Positions 1 through 13,175 of a stretch of DNA of 64,000 nucleotides are shown here, piece after piece; the stretch's first letter is position 1, and the number at the start of each line of letters is the position of its first letter. The DNA is from Octopus vulgaris (taxonomy: Eukaryota). The position numbers and the translations under genes are program-made. The notes under the pieces are model-generated. The model saw only the letters and a program-made list of their open reading frames with translations. It was not told the DNA's origin and searched no databases. The stretch spans positions 72,912,001 to 72,976,000 of the forward strand of contig OX597816.1 of the NCBI GenBank assembly GCA_951406725.2, written 5' to 3'.

Positions 1-428
1 CTGTTAAATATACGAAGTGTCTCGATGCCCGACACACCAGGTTACAAACGTCTCTTTCATTCACCAATACGCTACAACTGCTGAATACTAACTCACAGAC
101 GTTTGATTCTATTCATTCATTTGTTTTGCTGACTATTCTAAATTTATTACATACAAAAAAATTCCACTTTTCTGAGCTAGCAAATAGCACACTAGTCGCA
201 CAAAGACTCTTTCTATGCATACCCATATCCTACACCCGTCCCTCTTTGCGTGTCTCAATCGTCAGACACTGCACTATCCTTTCATCCTCACACAACGGCA
301 GCTCTCTCCGGTTTCCTCTGCAGCCATGCTTTTTTATAATTTAAACTACAAACATCCGGCTACAAAAGTTCAAACTACATCGATCTCGCCAGCGTGGGAG
401 GGTCGAGAAGTGGCACGGTCAGTGACTC

Positions 429-429
429 A

Positions 430-524
<95 letters not shown>

Positions 525-543
525 GTGTGTGTGCGTGTGAATG

Positions 544-586
<43 letters not shown>

Positions 587-617
587 GTATGTATATATAT
601 ATAGTATTTTGAACGTA

Positions 618-670
<53 letters not shown>

Positions 671-678
671 ATATGAAC

Positions 679-717
<39 letters not shown>
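429..717. repeat. (TA)n/(TATG)n microsatellite block, representative of dozens of similar tracts across the window
   Basis: Directly visible dinucleotide runs; they explain the IYIY-type ORFs. Confidence 0.98.
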
Positions 718-719
<2 letters not shown>

Positions 720-917
720 AAGAAATAAAGAAAGATGGAGGGAAAGGAGAAAAGCGAGAGGAAGGGGAGACGAGAAGTAGCGAAATAAATGAAGAGAAAC
801 ATAAAAGTAGAAAGATGGATATATTGATCGGAATATATGGATAAACAGGTATGAATTCAGATTAAAGCTTAAATACGTATACATAATCACACGTACATAC
901 ATACATACATACATACA

Positions 918-948
<31 letters not shown>

Positions 949-1154
949 GTATGTGTGTGTTTGTATAAGTGTGTAGATATGTGTATGTATGAGTGTGTGT
1001 ACATGCATCTATGTGTTTTTGTGTGTGTGCGCTGTGCAGGCAAGCGTGTATGCATCTGATGTTTGCGTAGCTTTGTGCCAATTAATGTGTATATTTGGAA
1101 TAAATGGAATTAATGGACTAATTAATGTATATATCTAATATGGAATAGTCTATC

Positions 1155-1207
<53 letters not shown>

Positions 1208-1223
1208 GCACATGTTTATATAT

Positions 1224-1261
<38 letters not shown>

Positions 1262-1279
1262 GTGTATATATATGCATAT

Positions 1280-1316
<37 letters not shown>

Positions 1317-1334
1317 TATGTTTATATATATATG

Positions 1335-1365
<31 letters not shown>

Positions 1366-1366
1366 G

Positions 1367-1419
<53 letters not shown>

Positions 1420-1497
1420 GTATATAGATGACTGTAACAAAGTATATACCATTACAGCACACGATAATGATTATATACATATATGTTGTATATATAA

Positions 1498-1528
<31 letters not shown>

Positions 1529-1901
1529 AAGGAAAAGAAGGAAAGAGCGACAAAGAACAAAGAGTATATTCCGACATACTAATTATAACATAGACACATT
1601 CACATAGATACACATGCACACATGCAGTAACTACCACGTACACTTACACCAACGCTCACATACTTCATATTCAAATACACACACACACACTTTTCTATGT
1701 GTGTGTATGTATGTGTGAACATATATTGCACATTCATACGCAACCGCATCGTACAAACACACACATACACTTATGTATACGTATATATGTATGTATATAT
1801 CATCATAGCTAAGTGTATAATTATTAATGTAAATAATATATAAGTGTAATTATAACGCTAACGATTATGATGATGAGCGATTTATTACATCAGCAACGTC
1901 A

Positions 1902-2370
<469 letters not shown>

Positions 2371-2935
2371 TAAAACAACGGAATACTATATTGGCTATAT
2401 GAGTTCAGTTTTGTTTTTGTTAAGCTATTTTCCCCGAGCTAAATGTTGATGTTGTTGTTAATAAAGAGTTTTAGTCAGTTTCCGCTCTTCTTGTTATTTG
2501 CCAATAGCGAATCAAATGACGAGAAACGCTCTTTTAACATCGTTTATATTTCTATCATGGCCGAATGCTCCCCATTTTATTTGCCAGTGATTTTGCAGCT
2601 TTCTTTAAAGTGTATTTATTTGTGCAAATACACAGTGCTGCTGTATAAACCTATAAGCAAACCTGAGTAACTTGTTTTTCATAAAATGTTTATTTATTAA
2701 ATCAATTTTACACCGGTGGTGTTTTGTTTGTTTTTTTTCTTTTGCTGTTGTTGTTTCTGTTTGTTGCTGTTTGGTGGTGATGATGATGATGAAGATGGTG
2801 TTGGTGGTGGTTGCGTTTTGTGAGTGTTTGTGTGTTTGTGTGTGTGTGTGTGTGTATGTGTGTGTATGCATGCATGCTTGTTTGGAAGTACGGATGTATG
2901 CATATACGTATTATGTTTGTGTAAGAATGCATATA

Positions 2936-2980
<45 letters not shown>

Positions 2981-3085
2981 ACTTCCACATACATAGGCTC
3001 ATATATATATATATACATATATATACATATATATACATATACATACTCATATATATACACATATACATACACAAACACACACACG

Positions 3086-3123
<38 letters not shown>

Positions 3124-3221
3124 TTTATTGAGAGAGAGGTGGGGAAAGACATATATACGCCTTAATACACCTATATGAAAGTATAGCTACATATCTGTAA
3201 ATATGCATGTATATACTTGAA

Positions 3222-3264
<43 letters not shown>

Positions 3265-3714
3265 ATATAGGGATATGCATACTCATAAACCTGTGAAATA
3301 AATGAACGGAAAGAATGAATCTCGAATATATCCCTATAATTAGTTATAAAGGCCTTTTAGTGAATAAATGCCTCGATTAAACGAATTAAGGAGTTCCTTA
3401 TGAGGTTTGATGCGTTCACAGTGTTATGATACCCTATACATGTATATGTGCATGTATGCAGGTATGTACGCACATTTGCATGTGTGTGTGTATGTGTGTG
3501 TGTATGTGTGTGTGTGTGTGTGTATGTATGTATGCATAACTATAGCTATTATTTTTCATTGCATCATGTATACATTCCTATTTCATAATTTATTGCTGCA
3601 TATAATATCGTATCCATTATTGCACACACATACACACACACGCACACACACACACACACACACGCGCGCGCGCACAAACAAACAAACGCGCACGCACACA
3701 CGCACACACACGCG

Positions 3715-3757
<43 letters not shown>

Positions 3758-3759
<2 letters not shown>

Positions 3760-3970
3760 CAACGAGCTGGCAGAATCGTTCGCGCCGAACAAAAATGCTT
3801 CGTGGCATTTCTTCCGCCTCTTTACGTTCCGAGTTCAAATGCTTCCAAGGTCGACTTTGCATTTTATCCTTTCAGGGCCAGTAAATCAACCACCCGTCGA
3901 GCAAATGGATCGATGTAATCGATTAACCCGACCCCCTATAATTACTGACCTTGTGCTTAATTTTGAAACC
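3758..3970 (+). mobile_element. SINE family A (tRNA-like head GGCGGCGAGCTGGCAGAA...GAGTTCAAATTCC), diverged copy
   Basis: Same head and GTCGACTTTGC.TTT.ATCCTTTC central block as the better copies at 18694-18926 and 32746-32977. Confidence 0.8.
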
Positions 3971-4020
3971 ATTACTCTACAGTCAGAAATATCTAGCTTA
4001 CTCGTCTGTGTACCTTAGGC

Positions 4021-4192
4021 CAGTGCTCCGCAACCAGTGTGCCACGAGACGATGCTAGGTGTTTTGCAGTGTAATCTGAATATAATTTTTTCCCTATATA
4101 CATTTTAGTTATATTTTAAGTTCAGGTGTGCCGCCGAATTTTAAAAAGAATATAAGTGTGCCACACGTGAAAAATAAGGTTGCCGAACACTG
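4021..4192. mobile_element. hAT/Charlie-like MITE
   Basis: Imperfect 15-bp TIRs CAGTGCTCCGCAACC / GGTTGCCGAACACTG; both 8-bp flanks (ccttaggc, tcataaac) have TA at positions 4-5. Confidence 0.65.
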
Positions 4193-4371
4193 TCATAAAC
4201 ATCTAAAGGGGAAGTGATGAGATGTATCTCGGTTGGTAATATTTGGTTATGAGTTCACATCACACAGTAGGTAGGTGGTTTTTTGTTTTTTTTTAGTTAA
4301 GACAAATTTTATCTTAGCCTAGATATCTTAATTAGCATGTAAACAGAGGTACCTAGAAATACGCACGAAGA

Positions 4372-4609
4372 GTGGAACGTACAATTTCGTGGAACGTACA
4401 ATTTCGTGGAACGTACAATTTCATGGAACGTATAATTTCGTGGGACGTACAATTTCGTGGGACGTACAATTTCGTGGGACGTACAATTTCGTGAAACGTA
4501 CAATTTCGTGGGACGTACAATTTCGTCGAACGTACAATTTCGTGGGACGTACAATTTCGTGGAACGTACAATTTCGTGGGACGTACAATTTCGTGGGACG
4601 TACAATTTC
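4372..4609. repeat. Minisatellite, 14 copies of the 17-bp unit GTGG(A/G)ACGTACAATTTC
   Basis: 238 bp = 14 x 17, head-to-tail with no spacers; explains the repetitive KLYVPRNCT ORFs. Confidence 0.97.
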
Positions 4610-5329
4610 GTCAGACCGACACGATAAAATGCAGCGAACAGCTTTCCTACGGGGTTGAATATGTCTCACGCATATTTGAACTGGTAACAACTTCATATTT
4701 GTATTCATCGCTGCTTAGATCTTCTAATCAGTAAAACATTGCTGTATTTCGTGTTTTAGTCATCGGCCCACAATTTTTACTTGTCTGCATGTAATGTTGC
4801 CATATAAAAGTCACACTACTGGATGAAACTGTATTCATAAGAAGCTCCTTAACGAATATTGCCTCATTTCTAACATATACCAGCAATGGACAAGTTCAAG
4901 ATCGGTTTTATAAGAAATGAGTAAGGTCAGGGACCTTGTCATGCTACATTTAAGTTTCTATAAAAGGACCTTCGTCGATTTCGAAGATGAATGATCAGTT
5001 GTTCAATGAACTGAACTCCCCGGTTATTTGAATTAGTATGTATGTGGCTGAATATCCCTTAGTCATGTAGCTTTAACGTAGTTTTTAGGCGGAGTTAGCG
5101 AGATACCCCGTGACAAGGTCATAGTTAGACCATCTAATTATATGTTTAATCCATCCGACAGGCTTCTATATAGTTTCCGTCTTCCCACAATGTCTATGAC
5201 CACCTGATGCTATGTTAAATGACTCTCATCGATGCTACTATCAATGAGATCGAACCCGAGACTTCCTGATTGTGAAGCAGACTTCTTTAGCACTCAACCA
5301 TGCCGAGTCAACATAACAAAACAAATTAA

Positions 5330-5545
5330 GGCGGTAAGTAGGCAAAATCGTTCGCATTCCCCAAAAATGCTTAGCGGTATTTCGTGCGTCTTCACTTTCT
5401 AAGTTCAAATTCCGCCGAAATTGACTTTGCTTTACATCATTTCAGATTCAATAAAATAAGTACCTGTTGAACACTGGGGTCCATGTAGTTGACATACTCC
5501 TCCCTCGAAATTGCTGGCCTTGTGTCAAAATTTGAAATCAATATT
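5330..5545 (+). mobile_element. SINE family A, diverged copy
   Basis: GCTTAGCGGTATTTCG...AAGTTCAAATTCCGCCGA..TTGACTTTGC...AAGTACC.GTTGAACACTGGGGTC. Confidence 0.8.
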
Positions 5546-6052
5546 ACAAGCAAATTAACTCATTACACAACTGATACTTTTATATTTTAATCTAAACGAA
5601 ACGAAACACAAATATGATCTTGGCAAGATGTCTTAGTGATACACGGTGACTGTTGTGACAGAGTGCTGCCTACGTAATGGCTATTTTCGTCTAACACTGC
5701 CTCAGTTGCACATAATAGGTTTTTATTCAACCGGGCAGCTCTATGCATCATCAGTGAATATTTCATACGCATTTTCTTACATTGGAGGAGGTGAATTCTC
5801 GTCCCAACATGTGACTAGCTGCGAGTGTCTATGTCATCGTGAAGGCTCAAAAGACAAAAACTCATTTGGTGACTTCACTGGCTGCTGTCCAGTCGACTAT
5901 TTCGTCCATATAAGATGTTATATCAGGAGTAATACCGCAGTAACCGGCCTCTCAAAGGGTGTATACACATTAAGTACAATAACAGAGCTAGCTATTGAAA
6001 TTACACTGGAGTTAATCTTTGTTTCCAAGTGTTTATTATTAGATTAGGATAA

Positions 6053-6250
6053 AGCAGCAAGCCAGCAGAATCGTTAGCATTTAGGCAAAATGTTTAGCAG
6101 TATTTCGTCCGTCTTTACGTTCTGAGTTCAAATTCCGCTGAGGTCGGAGTCGATGAAATAAGTACCAGTGGAACACTAGGGTCGATGTCATCCACTACCC
6201 CCACCTCCTCCCAAATTTCAGGCCTTGTGCCTTTAAGTATGAAGGATTGT
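6053..6250 (+). mobile_element. SINE family A, internally deleted copy
   Basis: GCAGAATCGTTAGCA...CTGAGTTCAAATTCCGCTGAGGTCG...AAGTACCAG. Confidence 0.75.
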
Positions 6251-7503
6251 TATATTAGGATACAAACTATGTCCTGATTATATCATGAGAATGTGTTTTA
6301 CCATTGCAACATGTTTTACCATTCCTCTTCCTTGGATGGTTCCACTAGTATGCGGACTTTTTCTTTTCCGTTTCTTTTTTTCAAAGGGAAGGGATCGCCA
6401 GCCCCTTCCCTCGATCCTTTTTCATATCTAAAGACACGAACACTGAGAATGGTACTACTCGATTTGAGTCACAGTGAGTCTAAAATTTAAAAAAAAAAGG
6501 AGGGAAAACAAAAACATAGAAAGAAAAATAGCACAAATCTGTCCTTCAGCTCCACTAGTACATGGTTTATGCCCCGCCCCCCGGAAGGAAGAAACGTAAA
6601 GTTGACCTCGATGTGATTTGAACTCAGATAACAGAATCTCAACGAATATCTGTCACTCCAATTTGCCGCTTGTAACATATTTGCAAACATGAACAGAGTT
6701 ATTGTAATGAAAATAAATGCAGCTCTCACCTTGTGTACATAAATATTCTCGTAGTCTATGTTTCTTGTATTCAACATGTGTTTGCGTGTGCGTGTGTGTG
6801 TCTGTGAGAGAGAGAGAGAGAGAGAGAGAGAGTATGAGTTTGTGTGTGTGTGTGTGTGCGCATGTAAGTATGCCTGTGCGTTCGTGTGTGAGGCCACTGA
6901 TACTGTCAGTCCTGTTCCTTGTAAATATTAATGTGTTCTATTAAAATGTGAGAAGTAATTTTATATTGAATTATTTTTATATATTTTTTATATAAGTAGT
7001 ATTCAACGCCACCTAGTCTCTGGGCTAAAATAATTGGGAGTTCTCTCCCCGCCAGCAATATATATCAAATGCAGATTGCACTGCATAACCAGCTGGAGGA
7101 AGAGTCCTCCAGGGATTAAAATGGCAGTATCGTCGGTTTTTAAGGAACAGTCGTGTTTACGTGGCGTTAAACACTATTAGTCAATATGAATACTACTTTC
7201 ATCTCTCATTGAGATTTTCGTGACAAGGTAGTTTATTTTTTACATATTACTTCACACAAGAACATATATATATATCAGAAATACTAAATTTCTAAATCTC
7301 TCGTAGAGACATGTACGGTGGTGGGGCGATAGAATGGTTGTATACTGTCAATCTAACACGAACGTGACAGTAGGAGGGGGGTACACCACCGCTGTTTAGC
7401 CCTAGGAAGCATCGACGCCTCCTGATGGCTTTGACACATTTTTTCTGTGTCCTTATATACATTTACAAAGGGGAGACAAATACCCCCAGCCGCCCGGGCT
7501 GTA

Positions 7504-7548
7504 TCTAGGGACACGTGTTTCAGGATGATTGTCCTTCGTCGGCCTAGA
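7504..7548 (-). ncRNA. Minimal type I hammerhead ribozyme motif
   Basis: Exact reverse complement of the 7902-7946 motif. Confidence 0.75.
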
Positions 7549-7901
7549 GTAGCAGACACCGGTCAGCTGACAATATCTGTCTCGACTCGTAATGTATATA
7601 TCTAAATTTCAGTGAAGTCTATTCACTGATTATCAAAATCAGAAATACTAAATTTCTAAATCTCTCGTAGAGACATGTACGGTGGTGGGGCGATAGAATG
7701 GTTGTATACTGTCAATCTAACACGAACGTGACAGTAGGGGGGGTACACCACCGCTGTTTAGCCCTAGGAAGCATCGACGCCTCCTGATGGCTTTGACACA
7801 TTTTTCCTGTGTCCTTATAATCAGTGAATAGACTTCACTGAAATTTAGATATATACATTACGAATCGAGACAGATATCGTCAGCTGACCGGTGTCTGCTA
7901 C

Positions 7902-7946
7902 TCTAGGCCGACGAAGGACAATCATCCTGAAACACGTGTCCCTAGA
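7902..7946 (+). ncRNA. Minimal type I hammerhead ribozyme motif (U4C variant core)
   Basis: Stem I TCTAGG/CCTAGA; core CCGACGA; stem II AGGA-caatca-TCCT; GAAA; palindromic stem III ACACGTGT; GUC cleavage triplet ending at 7940. Confidence 0.75.
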
Positions 7947-8109
7947 TGCAGCCCGGGCGGCTGGGGGTATTTGTCTCCCCTTCGTAAATGTATATAAGGA
8001 CACAGGAAAAATGTGTCAAAGCCATCAGGAGGCGTCGATGCTTCCTAGGGCTAAACAGCGGTGGTGTACCCCTACTGTCACGTTCGTGTTTAGATTGACA
8101 GTATACAAC

Positions 8110-8161
<52 letters not shown>

Positions 8162-8324
8162 ATAGAGTATGGCGAGCGGCGAGAATCGTTCCTGCACCAG
8201 ACAAAATCCCTAACGCGTTCTCCTGACTTTCGGGATCGATAAAGTAAATATCATTTGGGCATAGGGGTCTATATATTTGACTTACCGATTCCCCAGAATT
8301 CCTAACCTTGTACAAATTTGAAAG

Positions 8325-8407
<83 letters not shown>

Positions 8408-8452
8408 TGTATGTATGTATAAATACACACACACACACACATATATATAGAT

Positions 8453-8838
8453 GCAGGCGTGGCTTTGTGGTAAGAAACTTGCTTCCCAGCTACATGGTTC
8501 CGCGTTCAGTCACACTGTGTGACACCTTGGTCAAGTGCCTTCTATTATAGCCTGGGGCCGACCAAAGCCTTGTGAGTCAATTTGGTAGACGGAAACTGAA
8601 AGAAGCCCGTCGTATATATGTATGTGTGTGTATATGTTTGTGTCTCTGTGTTTGTCCCCCCAACATCGCTTAACAACCGATGCTGGTGTGTTTACGTCCC
8701 CGTAACTTAGCGGTTCGGTAAAAGAGGCCGATAGAATAAGTACTAGGCTTACAAAGAATAAGTCCTAGGGTCGATTTGCTCGACTAAAGGCGGTGCTCCA
8801 GCATAACCGCAGTCAAATGACTGAAACAAATAAAAGAA
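8453..8838 (+). mobile_element. SINE family B (tRNA-like head, CORE-like CCTTGGGCAAGTG block, internal microsatellite), near full length
   Basis: Head GTGGCT.TGTGGTAAG...GGTTC..GTTCAGTC; tail GGCGGTGCTCCAGCAT..CCGCAGTCAAATGACTGAAACAA; many copies in the window. Confidence 0.88.
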
Positions 8839-9184
8839 AATATATATATATAGACTTGAAAACACATCAACATGTCCCTATTTCACTTCCTTTTCCCCCT
8901 TTTTACAATTTATTTATAAATATCCGGTCTACTACTCCGATATAGCTTCTTTGTTTTCTTTCTAATTTTTTTTTGTTTTTTGGTAATACCTTTTTGATGC
9001 TTTCCTTTTAATTATTATTATTATAATTAATGTTTTTTCTTACATGTTGGTATTATCATTCGAAATGGTCGTATGTGAAATTAAAGTCTAATTTGAATTT
9101 TTAACATCTCTTCTCCATTTTTATATTTATTACTAGTGTCTTATATAAGATTATATCTTACATATCCCTAAAACGAACTTTTTA

Positions 9185-9233
<49 letters not shown>

Positions 9234-9592
9234 CAGGGGAACTTATAAAATGATTGACCATGGTCAGTGAACTTGGTGCATTTCTAAGTATCTATGCAAA
9301 TATGTCGGCCTTTTAGTTACTCTGTAATTTCAGCTAGAACCATATAAAGCATACATATACACGTAACTTGTTGAATTCTGTTTTTCTGTTTGTATAAGCA
9401 AAATGTGTGTGTGTGTGTGTATGTTTGTGTGTATGTTTGTGTGTGTATCTATTTATGTATGTGTCTGTCTCTCTCTCACTCTCTTGCTGTATATACTCGC
9501 ACACATACACACACACACACACAAACACACATATATATATAATATGTATATATGTATCTCTCTCTCTCTCTGCGTATGTGTGTGTATGCATG

Positions 9593-9628
<36 letters not shown>

Positions 9629-10149
9629 TGCATGTTTATGTCTGTATCTGGAATACTTTTCCAGTTCTTTACAGTTTGCTCGTTCCGTGTATATTTTCGT
9701 TTCATTTTAAAAGAAAATAAATATATTTTGCGCTTTTCCTTCCACTTTTCTATGTCACTTTAACCGTTTCATTGACAGTCATTAATTTCTCATTTATCAA
9801 ACACATAACAACGAAAGAACGCACGGTCCTCTTTTATATATTACAAACAAAAAAAAAGAAAACAGGAACTCTTATTTGCTGTTTGTTTTGTACTTTAGAA
9901 AACAGTTTTTTCCTTTAGAAACATATAAACCCAGTAGTTAAAGATGAACTTAATATTTAAGTAAGGAGAGAGGTTTATAAATGGACTGTGTCGCATTCAT
10001 GACATCGCAATGTTGTTAGTTTGCATCAACTGTTAATACTATTACATTTGTCGCGTTGCGTCACAGAAAACCGTGCTTTTATGAATCGACTTTTTCACAC
10101 TTTTGGCAAAGACGTCTCTTAATTGAACCCTAGGCCTTTCATTAGCTAG

Positions 10150-10336
<187 letters not shown>

Positions 10337-10340
10337 TTGA

Positions 10341-10655
10341 GACCCCCTTCGGTCATGACTGACCGTGGGATTGCACCTAGAAAGTTACCTTCCCAGGCAC
10401 AAGTCTGGGCAAGGTTGTTTATGGAAGACCAGCAGTCGTCCATGCATACTGGTCTCCCCTCTCCACGCAACCAGTATTATCCAAGGGAAAAAGCAAGAGC
10501 AGATACATGTTGTCACCTGTGACGTCGCAACTCATTTCTACAGCTGGGTGAAGTGGACCAACGTAAAATGAAGTGTCTTGCTCAAGAACACAACACGCAG
10601 CCCGGTCCGGGATTCAAACTCACAACCTCACGATCGTAAACCACTGACCCATGTG
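10341..10655 (-). mobile_element. SINE family E copy
   Basis: Reverse-complement similarity to 15621-15955 (CTAGGTGCAATCCCA.GGTCAT...GACCGAAGGG; GTGTTGTGTTC.TGAGCA.GACACTT). Confidence 0.78.
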
Positions 10656-10663
10656 CCTTCACC

Positions 10664-10743
<80 letters not shown>

Positions 10744-10792
10744 AATAATGATAATAATATTAATAATGATAATAATAATGATAATAATAATG

Positions 10793-10832
<40 letters not shown>

Positions 10833-10948
10833 TAATAATAATAATGATAATAATAATAATGATAATAATAATGATAATAATAATAATGATAATAATAATG
10901 ATAATAATAATGATAATAATAATAATAATAATAATAATGATAATAATA
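10664..10948. repeat. (AAT/GAT)n microsatellite
   Basis: Directly visible. Confidence 0.97.
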
Positions 10949-11481
10949 AATGCCCTGATGCAGTACCAGACAGTGGCTCTCATGGCTTCTGATCTTAACT
11001 GATTGGAAGTGTTATCATGTACATTGTTTTGTCTTGGTATAAAAGATGGGCTACAGCAAATATTCTGCTCAATACCACAGATTTGCTTGTCAGTTGTTTG
11101 ACCTTAACCAGTTGAGCATGTCCCTTAGTGGCTGATGATATGTGCATCTCTGATCACGAGCAGAAGTAGTGGGGGAGCATCATAGCCATGTGTTGAAAGG
11201 GATTCTTTGGGGTTTGAATAATTCACCTCTGGAAACATGGGTGGTTCTTTCAACATCCTTAAACAACCCTTATTCAGGGACCGTTAGAGCGGGATGGGCT
11301 ACTCAACCTGAAGAAAATTCTAACTGGGCCCCACCTGCAAGGTCATGTGCTGTTTATCTTGATATGAGATCACCATGTCGCGTACATATGGTTGTGATGC
11401 ATGTGCCTGGTGTACCCTTATCAGACGGGTAGTACATTTTACCCCAGTGTCACTTTGATGGCATGAACTGCTCTCTCACTC
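10949..11481 (+). mobile_element. Probable 3' UTR fragment of a non-LTR element inserted in (TAA)n
   Basis: Complex 530-bp sequence bounded on both sides by pure (AAT)n and adjacent to R4/Dong-like coding remnants; the assignment is inference. Confidence 0.45.
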
Positions 11482-11544
<63 letters not shown>

Positions 11545-11569
11545 CCTTCTTTTCTTGTTTCAGTTGGAC

Positions 11570-12110
11570 TGAAACAAACAGTAGTCTTTCCAAAACAGGC
11601 AGAACTACTTATTTCCGTTAAGGAATTGAAAGAAATCAGCTAAAAAATGAGCAACTGCATGGCCCTGGGGCCAGATGGAGTTCAAGGCTACTGGATAAAA
11701 AAAGTGTTGGTGAATGTCATGCACGAATAGCTGCGCAACTCAACACCTTGTTAAATACCGACCAAGGAACACCAGAGTGGTTGACATTGGGTAGGGCAGT
11801 ACTGTGCCTGAAAAACATCGAAAAGGCAATACGCTAGACAATTACGGGTCGATATCCTGTTGGCCACTTATGTGGAAGTTATTGACTGGAATACTCGCAG
11901 AGTCAATGTACGAACATCTGTAAAAAAAATGGAGTCCTTCCACATGAGCAGAGGTACCAAGGATCAACTCCTGATAGACAAAACTGTACTTAGAGACTGT
12001 AAGAGGAGGAAAAATAACTTAGCCATTCATGGATCGACTATCGTAAGGCGTACGATATGTTCCCACATTCTTGGAATATGGAGTGTATGAACCTATTTGG
12101 TATTGTATCA
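11570..12110 (+). pseudogene. Decayed reverse-transcriptase fragment of an R4/Dong-like non-LTR retrotransposon
   Basis: Frameshifted peptides [63 protein letters not shown] match R4-clade N-terminal RT motifs. Confidence 0.8.
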
Positions 12111-12289
12111 GGTATCTTGGGGAAATTTCGAACCTGGGTTATCATTCTTAAGTTATTTTTCGATGTAGTTGTTGTTGTTATTATTATTTATTATTATTAT
12201 TTTTCAGGTCATTGCCTGGAATCGAACTCGAAATCTTGGGGTTAGTAGCCAGCGCTCTGAACCACTATGCTATATTCCTCATCTCTTAT

Positions 12290-12468
12290 TTAGAACTATA
12301 CAGAAAATAGCACTACTAGGCACCGCACAAATCCTACGCAAAACACTTTTGATGCAGTAACAATAAGAGCATCAAAGCAAACCACAGCACATACCCAAGG
12401 CACACAGAGCTGCGCTCGATAGTGCCGTGAAAGCATGTGGTAAAAGTAAGATTACTGAATAATAATAA
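12290..12468 (+). mobile_element. 3' end of an R4/Dong-like element
   Basis: IQKIALLGTAQILRK followed by a stop is the typical C-terminus of the R4/Dong ORF; short UTR ending in (AAT)n. Confidence 0.72.
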
Positions 12469-12829
12469 TTCTTTCTACAAAAGGCACAGGGCCTGGAATT
12501 TGAGAAGAAGGGACTAGTCGATTAAATCGACCTCAGTATTTCACTGGTACTTAATTTCTCGACCCCAATAGGATGAAAGGCAGTGTCGACCTTGGGGTTT
12601 TTTATACTCAGAACGTAATGACGGACGAAATGCCGCTAAGCATAGAGGACAATATCAAAATACGAGATACAACACATGAAAACAGGATCAAAGGGCGATA
12701 CTATAACGTTGAAGGAAATAACAAAGAATATATAAATAACAGTTATATAATTAAAAAATATAACAAAAATCTTTTCTGCTACTGGCACAAGGCTTGAAAT
12801 TTTGCGGGGAGGGGAATGTGGATTACATT

Positions 12830-13175
12830 CAGTCCCCCTGCATGGCACCTTGGGCAAGTGTCTTCTACTATAGCCTTGGCTCAACCAAAACGTTGTGAGT
12901 GGATTTGGTAGACGGAAACTGAAAGAAGCCAGTCGTATGAAGGGTGTGTCTGTTTGTATTTGTGTTTGTCCTCCCCACCATCACCGCTTGACAACCGGTG
13001 TTCGTGTGTTTACATCCCCGTAACCTAGAAGTTCGGCAAAAGAGATCGATAGAATAAGTACTAGGCTTAAGAAATAAGTCCTCGGATCAATTTGTTCGGC
13101 TAAAAAAAAAAAAAGCCCTTTACGGCGATGCTCCAGTATGGCCGCAGTCAAATGACTGAAACAAGTAAAAGAAAA
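12830..13175 (+). mobile_element. SINE family B, 5'-truncated
   Basis: GGCACCTTGGGCAAGTGTCTTCTACTATAGCC...GGCCGCAGTCAAATGACTGAAACAAGTAAAAG. Confidence 0.85.

Larger units (their letters stand above)
7274..8115. mobile_element. Hammerhead-containing repeat: ~364-bp unit + partial tandem copy + inverted copy (Penelope pLTR/retrozyme-like)
   Basis: 7274-7637 is repeated directly at 7638-7818 and in reverse complement at ~7817-8115 with very few differences; flanked by (TA)n. Confidence 0.8.

Noticed and set aside
4372-4609. CRISPR-like array or repeat protein
   Set aside because: Units are contiguous with no spacers, there are no cas genes, the context is eukaryotic, and all frames on both strands give the same periodic peptide.
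5646-6047. 133-aa non-repetitive ORF (also 43446-43895, 58530-58964)
   Set aside because: No recognisable motifs; non-ATG start or overlap with decayed SINE/TE sequence; length is compatible with chance.
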